A stretch of 64,000 nucleotides of DNA from Takakia lepidozioides (GCA_030704615.1 CM060732.1:77066001-77130000); one strand, 5' to 3'; counted from the first letter of the stretch, positions 10,581 to 24,863 are shown. The notes: generated by a model not told the origin, from the letters alone. Program-made: numbers and translations.

Positions 10581-11520
10581 ATCATATTGAACTCACAGAG
10601 ACGTTTATCTTCAAGTTCACCCATTTAGTAGGCCACCATGTGGGCAGGGGGAGAGAGAATGTGCTCATGTAGTCTCTGTTCCGCCCAAACTGGGCATGGG
10701 GTCTATGGCCACAGTGCTACAGCAAACGTCTTATGCGTGGAACACAGAGAGAGAGAGAAAACAAAGACACCAACCATTCTGCTCCAAAACATTAACGCCT
10801 GGTGCATAATGTAGGGGATGTCAAGTACAAAATCACAGGTGCAAGCAGCCTATATCTGATGTGGCATGCAGAGAAGAAGGGAGCCTGACACATTCTGCTA
10901 CAAAATGTAACAAAATTCCGCCAAACTACATCCAGTAAATTGGATTCGGGGCTTCAATCTTATATGCCGTTCACCAAGATTTATCATGCCCATTTTTTGC
11001 AATGTGAAGACATCTACAGATAGCAAGTTGCTGGTCGAGGGTCAAGATCACATGTAGTCAATGGGCATACTCAGAAATCCTCATAAATCTGCTTGTAGTC
11101 ACTTCTTTGTCCTGATTGTTGATACCCATGAAAGCTCTAGGCCTGCGCGGACTCGAATACCCTGTGTAAAACTCATGGCGACTTAAGGTGTACCTCTGAG
11201 GAACTGCTATGCCGCTGCAAAGATGCATTTTGTGACTCAGAGTGCAGAAGGCACCAGTGACAGGTAACAGGCTGCCTCTACTCAGGAAATGGATTGAACT
11301 CTGGCTATCAACCTGTGCGTGGTGAATGCACAAGTCTACTTATCTCCAAACGGTGTAAGCGCTTGTGAGGTATGTGCAGACACATACTTGGACTTCAAGT
11401 CTAGTGAGTAAATCTGATCCAAGCAGTGCATGACGTTCTATTGAAACTTCCAGTCCTCCCACCTTGAATCAAATTTACTCTCGGTAGTGAAGTGCTATTG
11501 CATATTTACCTTGTATGCTG

Positions 11521-12010
11521 TTATACAAAGTGTGCAGAGATTTGATCAGAAGTGCTACTCAAGAGGGCACATTCACGCTCCAATGTGCACGTGCCCTCCT
11601 GTTCTGGACCCACAATGATGCACCACTCATGGAAAAATCCACTTGCCGTCACCACAAATATCTTGGCTCTGCAAAAGGAACCACCCCATTGCATCTTTTC
11701 ATCTCACAACATCCCACTTGCAAGCCACTTATGTAAGGTGGAGGAAACATTTTAGAGGGTTTAACTATTTGTGAAGCAGAATAGTTTCCAAAATGCATAT
11801 AGTATTGCCTGTTCATTGGCTTACAGGTCTGATGCCTCTCTATCCCATGAACCGTCAATTCACTTGCACTCTGTAACTAGGCTACTCGGTCACCACAGAT
11901 TTGAGCTTACACCCAGTGGGAGAACACAAACCTATTGCTTCTTGAAACGGATGGTGCCCCGTCACACCCAACATCATCCACATGCCCTGCAATAGCACAA
12001 TGACTGCCGC
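11521..12010 (-). pseudogene. 3' fragment (last two exons) of an ATG18b/WIPI-like gene
   Basis: Spliced reading GSHCAIAGHVDDVGCDGAPSVSRSNR|AKIFVVTASGFFHEWCIIVGPEQEGTCTLERECALLSS...* with a GT-AG intron (~11928-11669). Resembles the plant ATG18b C-terminus (..IITYNGYFQEY....W.LEREFNLL). No upstream exons found. Confidence 0.55.
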
Positions 12011-12488
12011 AAAGAAGGAAGATAAATGTCTCCTGCAATCATCGCGCTCCATGAGACCGCATTTCTTTTAGCCATTTTGTCAAAAACCTATCGTGCATAT
12101 AGAATATGTACTCCTTCTCTGTTTCTATAGAGACGCCCTCCAATTCGATGCTCATTTGCGAGAAACCGGGGTCATCTCAAAGGAGGGGGTGAATGCCCCT
12201 TCCATAGAAGATGCTTCTCTCGATGTAATTGCTAGCTGATGTACACCTGAGTCATTAAAACTGTTCTTGCATTCTTATTCAACTGCACATCCGTAAGCGA
12301 GAATGCTGCCAGTTGCACCGCTGTCGTTGCATCCGATTCATTCAAAGTGGGGTATCTGGGAATTGAATCTCTCCTTGACGGATTTGGTTCTGGGAGTGGA
12401 TTGTAGAGCATAATGGGCTTGGAATCTGCAGCCTGTCCCCATTTGGAAACGGAAAAAGGTTGTGCGGCATCCACCCTTAGGATCTCCC

Positions 12489-12978
12489 TCTACGATCGCT
12501 ATGTAAAACCCCTCCGCGCTCAAGTTTCACGCGGGGACATCGTGATCTCTTCATCGTGATCGCTTCCCTGCCCGTTGCAAGACACCTGTCAGGCATTTCG
12601 GGCATACTCCAAGAAATTGACGACGATGACATGGCTACGAAACGTGGCGACGATGATGTGTCAGAGATGACGACATGGCTACGAAACGTGGCTACGTGGC
12701 GACGTTGACGTGTCGGAGATGACGACACGGCTACAAAACGTGGCAGTTATGATGTGGCGACGATGACGTGTTGGAGATGACGACATGGCTACGAAACGTG
12801 GCGATGATGACGTGTCAGAGATGACGACATGGCCACGAAACGTGGCAACGATGACGTGTTGGAGATGATGACATGGCTACGAAAACTGACGACGATGACG
12901 TGTCATAGGTGACGTGGCACTATGCACCCTATTTCGACTCTAAACTAGTCTCCGACCTTCGTCGTCTCTAGAACTTCC
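12489..12978. repeat. Dispersed repeat (copy 1) containing a ~44-bp minisatellite (~6-7 units, 12620-12915)
   Basis: Unit approximately GACGATGACGTGTCGGAGATGACGACATGGCTACGAAACGTGGC. The flanks (AAACCCCTCCGCGCTCAAG..CACGCGGGGACATC and GACGTGGCA.TATG.ACCCTAT...CTAGAA.TTCC) match 48046-48245. Confidence 0.85.
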
Positions 12979-13814
12979 AACTTCACTTGTTGGAGGTGGT
13001 ATTGTCCACAGAACGGCCAACAGAAACAGCCAAGAATCAAGGCTAGTTACTTATTAGTCCTCTTGGATATCAGATTCTCACCAAAAGCCATTTGTGCCCC
13101 TTAACCAGCCCCACTTTTCATGAACTCCAAAGAACACCCATCTGAGAAAGCGGATGGCCATTTCTTTTCAATCTCTTGTGTATCATGATAACCAAGACAA
13201 ATCTCTAATCAGCACACCTTGGGAAGAATCTTGGAAATTATTTTAGAAACGTGTTTGCTCTGCTCAATCCTTTCAGAACACATCGCTGGCATCTTGCAGT
13301 CATCAATCTTTATAACAAGGGGGGTGCAAAGCTTGAGACCCATTAGTGCGAGATTTACTGGTGGACAATCTCTTTGAAATCATTGTTGCAAACCCAAATT
13401 TAAACCATTTACCAGTGTTACGAAGGAGATGAGGTTCAACAACTGCAACATCCAGAGAGTGGAAGAGAATCCAACAATTTCTGTTGTTGAAAAGAATGTG
13501 AAGCAAAACAGTGTATCATACTACATTTTTTAAATCTAGGTCTTCATCCTTCACCTTCCTCTCCTGAGCAGAGCACAAAGCCTGCAATCGAGTAGGAAAA
13601 TTTCCTGTCCCCACCTCTTTCCCTCTCCCATCCCCACCGCCCCTACCCTTCCCAGGAGCATAACAAGGGAGGTGCCAGAATGGGGGGCGAGGGGGAGTTC
13701 CTACAACCTTGCAAATAGTACAAAACATGCGCCTGGGGAGAAAGAGCAGACTTACCAGATGCATCAGAGCCCACAACAGTGAGGCTGGGGGGGGGACAGT
13801 TCTACAACCTCATG

Positions 13815-16800
13815 TTACCGCACCTGGGAGTAAGAACAGAGTAGGCCCGAGGCATCAGAGCCAACGACAGCGAGATCACACACAGTGCACAAAGTGCCGA
13901 GTATTTCTGGCACAAATCGTGCTCTACAGTATGGGCAAGAAACATCTCGACTACCACGGTAGATTGGTACAAATGTGGCCCCGCATACGACAAATGGGTT
14001 GCGGGGATCGTAGTTCAGCTGCATCTCATCTTTGGGGCTCTTCTCACCCACTTGCAGAACCTGCAGGACAATTTGTACAATATCAGAGATCTTGCATTTA
14101 AAATTTTCTTCAAAAGCGTCACTCGACAAGCTCTGAGGCCTTGGGACGGCAGTCATGCCTGACTGTGGAAGCTCCCTTTAAGTTTGCAGCCATCAGAATC
14201 CAATGTTTGTAAATTTGGTGTTCAAACTGAACTGGATCATGACCCTACTTGAAGGAGCATACAACATTTTCTGCTCCACCATAGGGTATGCCTGCAATGA
14301 AGCAAAGCCGAGGGACTCGCTGCACCTGGTCACAACACAGTCATGCCGCCAGCAAATGGATATACTTAACTAATCATAAAACTACCTTCAAACAAATTCA
14401 GCCTCCAGTCTCCCACCACTAACAAGAAACAGCACAGACTACGCTTATGGGTAAGACAAATTTGCTTTATAACTAGCTGTGGGGCATCCCGACACCCCAG
14501 AGACGCTACAAATTCCAGCAGACATGAACTTTAGCTCCCCCATATGTTGCAGCAAGGTATAACCTCTACTGACATTAGGCCCACATATCCATCAAACTGG
14601 TTTGGGAGAGACTGGTCATATAAAGCAGAGAGGATACTTTCCATATCCGTTACATTACACAGAGGACCCAGCAGGCATGGACTTGTTTGTGAGGGGGAAT
14701 ATACCATCTCTAGAATAATTCTAAGTTTCAACGTGAACCTACCTGGCGTGCCTTAGTTGCAACTTGTGGAGACAGACTGAGCTCCAAGAGCCGGCGGGCA
14801 AACGTAGCTGCTGTGTTGTAGTTTTTGGACTTGAAGCACACAGACATAGCTGACTGCAGACTCAGCTTCAAATGTGTTGCTTGCAGGTTACAGTGTGTGA
14901 AATAGGCAGCCAGTTCCGCTTGCCGCACTGGATCATCTTTCAGCAGAGGGTCCTTTCTCTGTAGTTCAATGCGAAGTGCAAGGGCATAGTCTTTAGCAAT
15001 CCCAAGCAGCTCCTTAACTTCATCTACTTCTTTACGGGACTCCACCACAACCACTGGAATGGTTTGCAGAATGTTGAGAAATAGCCTGCATCCAACAACG
15101 CGCATAGCATGGTAAGGTCCACCCAGCATCTATTTCTACTCTGAAGGAAAACTTGTGATTAGGCTCCACTATCTGTTGATCTCCAACCTAGAAGCACCTT
15201 CGTTTACCATGCCTGATACAGGCAGATTTATGCAGAGGAAGAGTGAAGCCAGCCACAGGCAGCATAATTTTTACTGCCTCCAGTAGTACTACTTGTGTAC
15301 ATGAGGGAATTTTGGTTTCCCAGTTCTTCCTGTACAGACACAGAAATCCCCAGATGCTCATAGGTGTGCCCTGCATATGGCCAGGTGGTCTACGTAGAAA
15401 ATTCACCATAGAAATCTGAGAAGATAGAAATGAAACGTCAGCTATTTTGGTATTTCTTGTTTATGCTGTAACCCAACCACAACATCTCCTATTTGAGCGA
15501 GTGGGCAAATACTTTTACTGAGTTCAATTTGACCAGGTATGCCCCAGTAATACTTGCTGGATATTCTCGATCATATAGGACCCATGCAGCACCTACAAAA
15601 TGCATAGACCACAATTGTATGGATATCCAAGGATCATACCTAAGCGCCTCTGTGAACTTGCCCTCTGTCGTTGTCTTGTATGCCATCTTGAGCTTCTCCT
15701 CCAGCGAGGACAGCTTATAAATAAGTGCAGGTGAGCCCCGCACATTGGGGCTTGTAGTCTCACTCCACCCTCTCTCTAATGCCAGAGGCAGGGGCAACAA
15801 AGTTGGGAGTGAGGTATGACTGGCTAGGTGGAGCTCAAGGAACACACTCTTTAGGGGCTCAAAATTCTTAATCCCCAGCTGCCGGCTCAATAGCCGCACA
15901 GCTGTGTCAAAGGCCCCTGCAGCCGCATGCTCTCCCGCGAGAGATGAGGTTTGAGCCCATAGTTCACTGCGTGGTAAGCCTGGGTTTGGAGCACCATTAA
16001 ATGCAGACCCATTGGCCACTGGTTCAGAAACAGCCATGTCAGGGGGAAGCTCTAGGTCTTCCATCTCCCAGCCCGCTTCCTCCTCTTCCCCTGAATGGAA
16101 GTCCACACATAGAAGATTGCTTAATATCTGCTCCATTATGGCAGACTCCGCATTTAATGCAGAAAGCTAGCACTAAAGCCATGTTCATGTCCACCCACTA
16201 AACAAACTGCAAATTAAGCATATAACAAAGAACATATTCTATTGCTTTGTAGGATTTTGTTTTGCTCGACATTCTCGTTGGGAACAACTTACTGAGATAG
16301 CAATGAGCCAACAAAATATTAACTAACAACTCACCTTCACCTTTCTCATGGTGAACCTCGCCATTTGCATCTCCATTCTCATCACCATTAACCGCCTCTG
16401 CAAAATTGAGCTCCTCACCCCAAGCCCCCTCAGTGCCATCCTCTTCCATTTCTGTTGCCGGACCCGTCTCCCCAAAGGCACCCTCAAAAAAGCCCTTACT
16501 GACCATCAAGAGAGGCCAGTTACTATCCTGTACTATTGGCTTGGGAGGCAGCAGTAGCAGTGATTTCTCTGGAGGAGGAACCGAGGGGAGGGCACCATCA
16601 AGCTGCTCTGCTAGCCTCTCAGCCACCTCTGTTAGTCCGTGGACCTTTGCAGTGGCATAGGCCAAAGGTATATGCCCAGATTCCTCCAGAATTGTGACCC
16701 TCTCCTTGATGTCCCCAAGATAGAGAGCATTGTGAAACCGCCCCATGACATCGCTGCGCATCTCCGCAATCTTGAGCATCTTTGCGAGCTTTTCCAGGTT

Positions 16801-19800
16801 TCCAGTAATAAGGTACAGGAAAGAGAGTCGCTCGAAGTTCTTTGTCTTCTGATAGGAGTATTCCACAATCTCATGGTTTCCCTGCAATGGTTACACATAC
16901 TTGAGAGTGCAAAACATGGAAGGAAGCTCCAGAATGTGAGGCCTTCCTGAATTGGTCAAAATACAATCTATTGACAGCAACTTACACTCTGCTGCTTTCG
17001 ACAGAGTGCTTTGACCATTCACAAGTCACAGAGTCCAAAACCAATGCAGCACATAGGCCCACCAGAGCTAGATGGAGACAGTGGCCACTGTGAACCCACC
17101 AGCACAGGAGCATGAAAAAGCTCAAACCATTCTGTATGGACAGTAAAACTTCCATTTCCCCCTCAGGTAAAGAAACTGTGAATGGGCAAGAGTGCAGGAA
17201 AAACAGGTTGCTGTGCAGTCTCAATTGCAAATCCTCTGTATTCTGAGGTGGCCATGGCGAGCATAGTTACGCGCACCACACTTATGTCGACATTGCAAAG
17301 TACAGACACAAAACAGTTGTACTCATCAGATAAACCCCAGGGAACACCCATTGCTATTGTCCACAACCGGTCTAGACTGACATCCAGGCCACAGAGAGAG
17401 GAAGAAAGAAGAAATACAGAATAACTTTATAACATCCAAGCAAAGCTCGAAGAAATTGTGTGAGACAAGAGCCCATTACCCAAGAAAGCAAGAAAGAGAA
17501 TTACTTCATAACATCCACAGAGAGAAGATTAAATGCTCTGTGAGTCCACTCGGGACCTAGAGGGGGGGAGAGAAAGAGAGAGAGCTCTAGGTACACCATT
17601 CATACCTGCCGGAGCGCTTCAATGCCAAGCCTGTGCCAGTAATCCTTCTCATCAATCTCCTTAGCTGATGCCACCGCAACTGCAGTATTACCACACTCCA
17701 CTGCCAAGTTGAATCGTGTGTGCTCATCTTTGACAAAGTGCAAAGCCACTTCAGGGAAACCTTTCTGTTGTAGGTATGCGATGATTGACTGGCCACAAAG
17801 TTTCATATTTTGTATCATTTGAACCACCTGATCATTGTCTCAGAAACCAGTGCAGTAGAGAAACATCAGCACAGGCTCATCCAGAAAGGCAAACAAAGGC
17901 ATGCATTTCCATTGCCAGAGCAATGACCATGTGACAACACGCTAAGTGTCCAGGGGACTGCTGATGGTTACTTCCTCTCTGCCGACCAATGCAGGAAAAC
18001 CAGTAGTTTTGGAAAAATAAACTTGAATACAGTTTGTAGCATTCTTGACCGGCTACCCAGTGGATGCAGATAATCTTGTAACAATGAACGTATGAAGAAA
18101 ACACCACCAGCAGAGCCAATACATTACTCACCGCCTGTGAGATCCCTAGGGCTACATAAAATAAGCACTAACATCACAATTTCACACATCCTCATCAGAT
18201 TGCCAGTCATTCTCATATGTACAAGTGGGTCAGATCAGTTCATCACAAGTGGGGACATGTGTCTACCTGATCATATTTCCGTTGGAGGAGAGCCAACTTA
18301 AAGCTATACTCAGTAGGATCGATCTGAATAACACGGTTCTTCCCATCTCGATCCAAACAATAAAGCGTGTTCTGTGCAACCTTGGTGACATAGATGGGGA
18401 CATCAAGGGTGCGCACAATCCCACTGTCACCATTCGGTAGACAGTACTTGATGTGGTTGAGTGTTGTGTAGAGAAACACACCTGATTCATCCCATGCCCC
18501 ACTCTTCACACGAATGGTTTCATGAACTGTGCAGAGGTGTACAAGCTTCTTGGTGGTAATGATGATGGAATGCTTGCTGAGAAGGGCCACCATCTCCATG
18601 TCATTTGACCAGACAACGTACTTCACAAATGGGGTGCTCAGATCCCCAAGCGTGGTACGCTGCTGCAAATCAAACAAAGCCACCTTGTCCTCTGACCGGC
18701 AAAGCAAGGTGCCAGTGCCTGCGTAGAACACATCGGTTGTGGGGACAGGAAGGCTGCATTTCTTGGTCACGTCATTCTTCATGTCCTTGATCAAGACCTG
18801 GTCCATTGAATCTTGATTTGAGCTACATGATGCTCTACTAAGAGAAGCAGATAGATTGAAAGTCCCCCAACAGGGTATTACCATGCAATTGTAGCCCACC
18901 TTAGAAATGGCTAAGGAAAATAAATTTCACACTACAAAACCCTTGGGTCACTCTTGGTATCCCCAAAAGACCATGAAACCCCACTAGGACCACTCACAAG
19001 TGGTTTCGTTGTTTGAAATTCTAAGGAAAAGATGAAACAAACAAGCAGTGGCAGTGCTTCTGGGGACACTGCCCACACGAGTTGCAGCTCTGGTCAACAA
19101 TCACTGGAGACCCTTAGTGTCATCCTGCATCGGAAAGCTAATCTTCAGCAAAGGAACCGCAGTCAGACTAACCCTGGGGTCAGTTGCACACAACCAAGCA
19201 GAAATCAACTTTTATGCCAGCAAGTTGTTGCGAACACTGGAGTTGTAGTAAGCTAGAACAAGTACCTGGTTGTGAGTCCTGTCCAAAACAGCAAACCGAT
19301 TCCGAGCCACAAACACTGCAGATGAGCCCAGACCCCTCTTGGCATCTGGTGCATTCTCGCCTTTTCCAGTACTATCCTTGGGAATGATATAGAGCTCATA
19401 CGAACCCCCATCAACATCTGAACACAGTAGTACTGCATTTTCAGCTGAATTGTAGGAAAGCGATCTGGGGGCTTGATTCATACCCGTTGATCCCGCTCGT
19501 CGGATTGAAATCAGAGGGTTCTCTCTTCCAGTTGGGAAGTCATAAGTCCGAAGATAGCGCTCCTTAACATAATACAGAGCACCCCCCTGCACAGCAAAAG
19601 CAGGCCTCTCCCTCTCCAGCTTGAAGACTATCATGCCACTGTCATGTCCTGCTGCTAGTATATTCATCTCCGGGTGTGCTGCCAGGATCCAAAAACGGTC
19701 GTGCTCTCTTCGGAAAGTCTGCATGCCAGAGCGCTTTGACATATCCCACACTCGGATGCTTTTGTCCTCAGAGTTTGACACAATGATGTCTTGGCGGGCA

Positions 19801-21595
19801 TGGAACAATACACATGACACATTATTCACGTGTCCACGTAGGGTGTCTACCTCCCATGCCTTTGTATCTGTTCAATGTGGCAGGAGAAACACAAGTTGTG
19901 AGGTTATAGCCTGTATAGCTAAGCAGATTATGCATACTCAGAGAAATATGAATTCTTTGACAATCAGTTCTGTACGACATACAATGTGATATGCAGCATG
20001 TGGTCTCACATCAAGGGGGTAGAAAATGCTGGCCCACCTATGCAAGGTGCCAATACCAGTATGAACATTAGTGCAGGATCCATACAGTGCAATAAGAGGC
20101 ACAGGTCATCCCAGGCAATGAGCAGTCATAACTTATCTACATCCTCAGTTCTATCAATGCATCAAAGCAGTGGTCCCAAAAAACAGCAGTGCAGAGGACA
20201 TTGTGTCCTAGCAAGGAAACCTGCAGCTAATACTTCAGGTTTTATGGAAAACCTTTCAGATGCAGATCTGGCCACATTTCCAGGCATCTGCAATCCCTGA
20301 CCCACTTCTAGGGACAAAGAACTCCAAAGTGCTCAATGGTGATTTATGTGTCAATTCCCGGCAGATGGTTTTGGCTACAGTATGTTCAAGCACAATAAAA
20401 GCTGGAGTTGTAACCAGCCAGACTGCACATCTGGTAGAAACACTTGCAACTTGCGACATTGGTGGAGGCAGAGGAAAAGTAAATGTTAGGGAAAGTGCTT
20501 ACCGTTCATGCGCCACAATTTAACTTGGCGATCATCTGCTCCTGATACAATGAGTGGGAGTGAGGGATGAAATGATGCCCAATTCACACCGCGGTCATGG
20601 CCCTCCAGCACATACTTTACCACCGCATCCCCTCCTCCAAATAGATCAGTATTCATCTGTGTCAGCCGCATTATATCGTCAGCTGGAGCAACAGACTTCT
20701 TCCTCAATGCACCAATGTCCCACACTCGCACTGTTTGGTCAAGCGAAGCCGATACCACGAGATCTTCTTTTAGATGAAATGAGGCACACATCACATAGTG
20801 GTTGTGGCCTGTGAGCACAGAAATGCAAGTGCGCGACTGCCAGTTCCAAATACGAATAGTTTGGTCATCACTTGCAGTGACGATCCACGGATACTCGGTG
20901 TGGAACTGGACAGTTCGAATGTAATCCAAGTGACCCAGCAGCGTGAAGAGGCATCGTCGCAGCTTGTAGTTCCATACCTTAATCTTGTAGTCATCCCCTG
21001 CATTCAACAGCCCAGATTATTTATCCACAGCACGTTTTTATCCAGCAATCTCGATTACTTCTACCTGGGAGCGGAGCTACCCATGGACGGAGATTTCTTC
21101 TGCTCTCAGGTCCTATCTACGTGTTCTGATCTGTGATTGTCCCACTGTATAAAGTGCAAACCACAGCGCATTTGCTCACTCCACTGATCCCAGTGTGAAG
21201 ATCTACCATTATGGGTCATAAGGAGCTGCAATGTGCGACTGCACAGAGGTTGCAGAGTTTGTAGCTGACCTAAAGCAACAACCAGTACGGCACTGAGAGA
21301 TAGAAATCTTCGTGAAAACCTGAAAGAAACTGACAGCCCTCAAGACCCACAATGTGATGCAAAAGCGGGGAAGAAGAGGACACATACCTCCAGATACAAA
21401 AAGCGGCTGAGATTTGTGGAAATGGACCCCCCGGACAGGACCCTCATGCTCGTCAAAGCGGTCGATGAGAGTGCCCATGCGGTAGTCCCACAGCTGAATG
21501 ACACCACTGTGCAAACTGGCCAGAATCCATGGCCGCCTCGGATGAAAACTCAGACCCTTCACCCGATTGCTCTTGGTCTCGAACTTGGTCAGCAT
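13815..21595 (-). CDS. COPA: Coatomer subunit alpha (alpha-COP), 9 coding exons: 21595-21388, 20997-20503, 19867-19266, 18797-18267, 17827-17606, 16881-16335, 16090-15640, 15085-14743, 14060-13815
   Basis: Starts [19 protein letters not shown], has WD40 repeats and the coatomer WDAD region, and ends [20 protein letters not shown]...CPYC...[10 protein letters not shown]. All introns are GT-AG with consistent phase. Confidence 0.98.
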
Positions 21596-22234
21596 CGTGG
21601 ATCTGTTTTGTGGGCCAGAGTGTCCCCCAGCCCAGATAGCTTCAGCAAACAACGAGGAAGAGAAGCATCAACTGCTCGGGCACATCAATACGTGCAGGGT
21701 GCCTTTGTGGGCCAGCGATGGTTGGCTTTCAAACTACAGATCTGAGCAGAAGAACTCGCAGACATGCAATCTGCTCGACAAAGTCATCACTCTACTGGCG
21801 AAAACAATCAGTGCTTTTAATCGTCCACGTCCATTGTTTTCGTTTCCTGTCCACCGTTTTTCGTTATCTTTTTGTGCGCGACGAACTCCTTCGTCTATAA
21901 GGAAGGTCCAACAGAGCTCGTTCCTCAACGGACGAACTGATGCAGCTCGGAATCGCGAGCAGCTGAACAGCTGAACGTGTTCTGGTCGTTCTTCCATGCG
22001 AAACGCATGCTGAGGAGCACCATGTTTTCCTTGGAGAAGATGTTCATGGGCACTACGCGCAAACAAAGAGGGGAGGAGACATGCCACTGGATCAACGGCC
22101 AACTCTGAAACCATGTGCATTTCAGTCTGCAGACTAAAAATCGCAAAGGGTGCAGCTTCGGTGCTAACATTGTAATTGAGCTACCTTTGTGGAACACTGG
22201 AGCTTCTGAATCTGGAGCTTCAAGGATAAGCACA

Positions 22235-24863
22235 ATGTGCAGCTTAGGTCTGGCAAGCATGTCCAATGTGAAGAATTGTAAGACTGCTTCTTTCTATCCT
22301 CCATTGTGTGCGGCCAGTGGGTTTCAGAACAAGTTTGCCAGGTCTGTCGTCACCCTTCCTTTCTCACCTTTCGGGTCTTCCTTGGTGGGGCAAGGACAAT
22401 GTCATTTCCGAGCACCGCTTGGGTTATTATTAGACAGGGCAAACGGTCTAGAGATGCAAAAAGCACTCCATGTCAGAGCTGGTATGCTGGAAGATGTGGC
22501 AAACACTAGGATTCCAACCAGAGACGGCAGGGAGATTCTGGCTTTCGTCGGAAGGTCAGAGGCGGTGAAAGAGCAAACTATGCCAGCGGTTCTTTTATTC
22601 CATGAGTTCTATGGCCTAACTCCAGAGATATGCGGGTATGTTTCTGGAGCATCTCTCTCTCTCTCTCTCTCTCTCTGCCTGCCTAAAGCCTGGCCCTGTT
22701 GGGGTTTAACTGCTGGGCAGATCACACACAGCAGATTGATGCTTGTGTGAAGAGCTTTCTAGAGGAACTCTGGAGAGCCCGTATCAATTGTTTATATCAA
22801 GGTAAGTCCCGGTACTCGAGTGAGGCCCTCACAAAGGTAGTGTATGCTCCCTCTTGTTCGGCCAAACAGGGCGCTGGGTCTATGGCTACATGGCTACGGC
22901 AAACAACGTCTGAAGTATTCTCACCCTGTCAGCAATACTCGCATTTGAGAAGTAAAGCTGATACTCAGAACAGGCGAATAGCAATTGAAACTGAGAGTGT
23001 GATCACACTGGGAAAGCTTGGATCCTTGGCCAAAAGGCTACTGTATCCCTGAAATGGATAAAAATTAAATTCTGTGATCTGTAAAGCCAGGAAGTAGCTC
23101 GAAACGGTTTGCAGAATCACATTCCAGTTTTCCTTCGCAGTGAGAAATTAGAGAGCTTAAGATGATTAAGGTGCAGTAATCTCAACCTAAGGATGGAAAT
23201 CAGAGCTTTTCCCTCCACTCAGAAACAGCATTGCTTTGGGAAGACGTTGGAGGGAGTTGAAGAACTCCCATTGCCACTGAAACGTACTGTCGGGCAGGGG
23301 TATCTCTCTGTTATCATGCTGCATAGAAGCTGCCTTGAAGACCCTCCCTTCGATATGAAGGAGGTTGTGAAGGTGATGCAGAAGGTCTCTGGTCTCATCA
23401 ACAACTTACCCCTAGGTTTAGATGTGTGCTAGAATACATTGTTTAGGAACACAATCTGTTGGTATAACAGTTGAAACTCCTCAACAATGGTTACCACCTC
23501 CCTCTTCTCATTCTCCTCCCTTCCCCCTTTTGCATATTTTCTCTTGCCTTTGTGTTTCAGTGAACTCTGTTGCTTGATCTATGGTTGTAAATTGGCCAAT
23601 ATAACGTGTATTTCTTGTTTTATGATCATCCATCACTCGTCTGTCCCCACTCCGGAGCTCACAGCGTTCATCTCTCATCTTCCTCCTTCACTCCTTCACA
23701 TGCTTAATATCTTGTTGTTCTACACTTTCAAATCAGGAAAGCAGAAGCACTGGCGAAAGAGGTTGGGTGCATTGTGATAGCACCAGACACCTATCGTGGT
23801 GCTAGCACTCGCTTCATCCCCAAGGCTATTTTTCTTGCCCTCACCACGTCTCAGGTATACCAACATCCATCGAATGCGACAGTGAGAGAGGGAGGAGGAT
23901 GGGATTCAGCGTTGCGTATCATGACCTGGACATGGAACATAGCAGGCCCCCACATTCTGACAGGATTAGATGGTGGCCTTTATCTGCAAGTCTACGTTGG
24001 GAAGGGTTCGCAATGCTACATGTTTAACAAGTTTGTTCTTTGTTTCTGCAAGGAACGGGTGAATGAAGATTTAAATGAGGTTCTTTCTTGGGTTTCAAGT
24101 ATACATCAAGTGGATATCAGCAGGGTAAGAGCATGATCCCAACATTTCACATCTTCAAGCTGCTCCAGTTTTAGCTTTCTATCCATTGTTTGAGGCTGAG
24201 AACTGCATAATGAAAGATGCTTAAATTTCAACAACACCTGGGGACCTTTTGCTAGCATCCTTGCTGGGGGAATGTTAACCATTTCTATTTGTGGGGCCAA
24301 CTGACAAAAGCCCTTGGGGTGAGCAAGTGCTTAAGGAGGACCTGAAGTATCCATGGGTCTACCAATGTAGATCGTGCAATGTGGGTGTGTAATCCAGATC
24401 TGCTGTTTGCAATGTGTGGGCGATCGATCATGGTGTTTGTTGGTGCAACTTGTGCAGGTTGGTATTGTAGGCTTTTGTTATGGGGGTGGCAAGGCCTTGA
24501 CATTTAGCATCAACTATAAGAGAGCAAAGGCAACAGTGATAATATATGGAAAGCCTGTGAGTATTGGTCTTCCCTTCCCCGGGGTTTCTTTCTTTCTTGT
24601 GAAGCCAAGGGCTGATGCAGCAGTCTCTTCCATGTTTTGGAGGCTACATTGAGTAGACTTGCACTGGTGTGGCATGTACATGTCTAGCTGTTCAATTGAA
24701 ACTAAATTGCGCAGTACCAACCTTTACACCCGTCAGTTGTCTAATTGACCGAGGGTTTGTAAATGTGAGGAGAAAGGTTTTGGAGGTCGAAACTCTTGAA
24801 AACATTGGAGGTTCTGTGTTGGGTATCTTTGGAGATGAAGATGCACAATTTCCTACTCGAACG
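22235..24863 (+). CDS. Dienelactone hydrolase (carboxymethylenebutenolidase-like) family protein, probably plastid-targeted. Exons 22235-22635, 23737-23854, 24053-24124, 24458-24556, 24777-24863; 3' end unresolved
   Basis: PAVLLFHEFYGL, VIAPDTYRG, nucleophile motif VGIVGFCYGGG, VLGIFGDEDAQFP. Introns are in phase and GT-AG. Ser-rich N-terminus ending in VRA resembles a transit peptide. Confidence 0.85.
22652..22677. repeat. (TC)n microsatellite in intron 1 of the hydrolase gene
   Basis: Seen directly. Confidence 0.9.

Noticed and set aside
12620-12915. CRISPR-like appearance of the regular repeats
   Set aside because: The units are contiguous with no unique spacers, there are no cas genes and the context is eukaryotic. 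It is a minisatellite.
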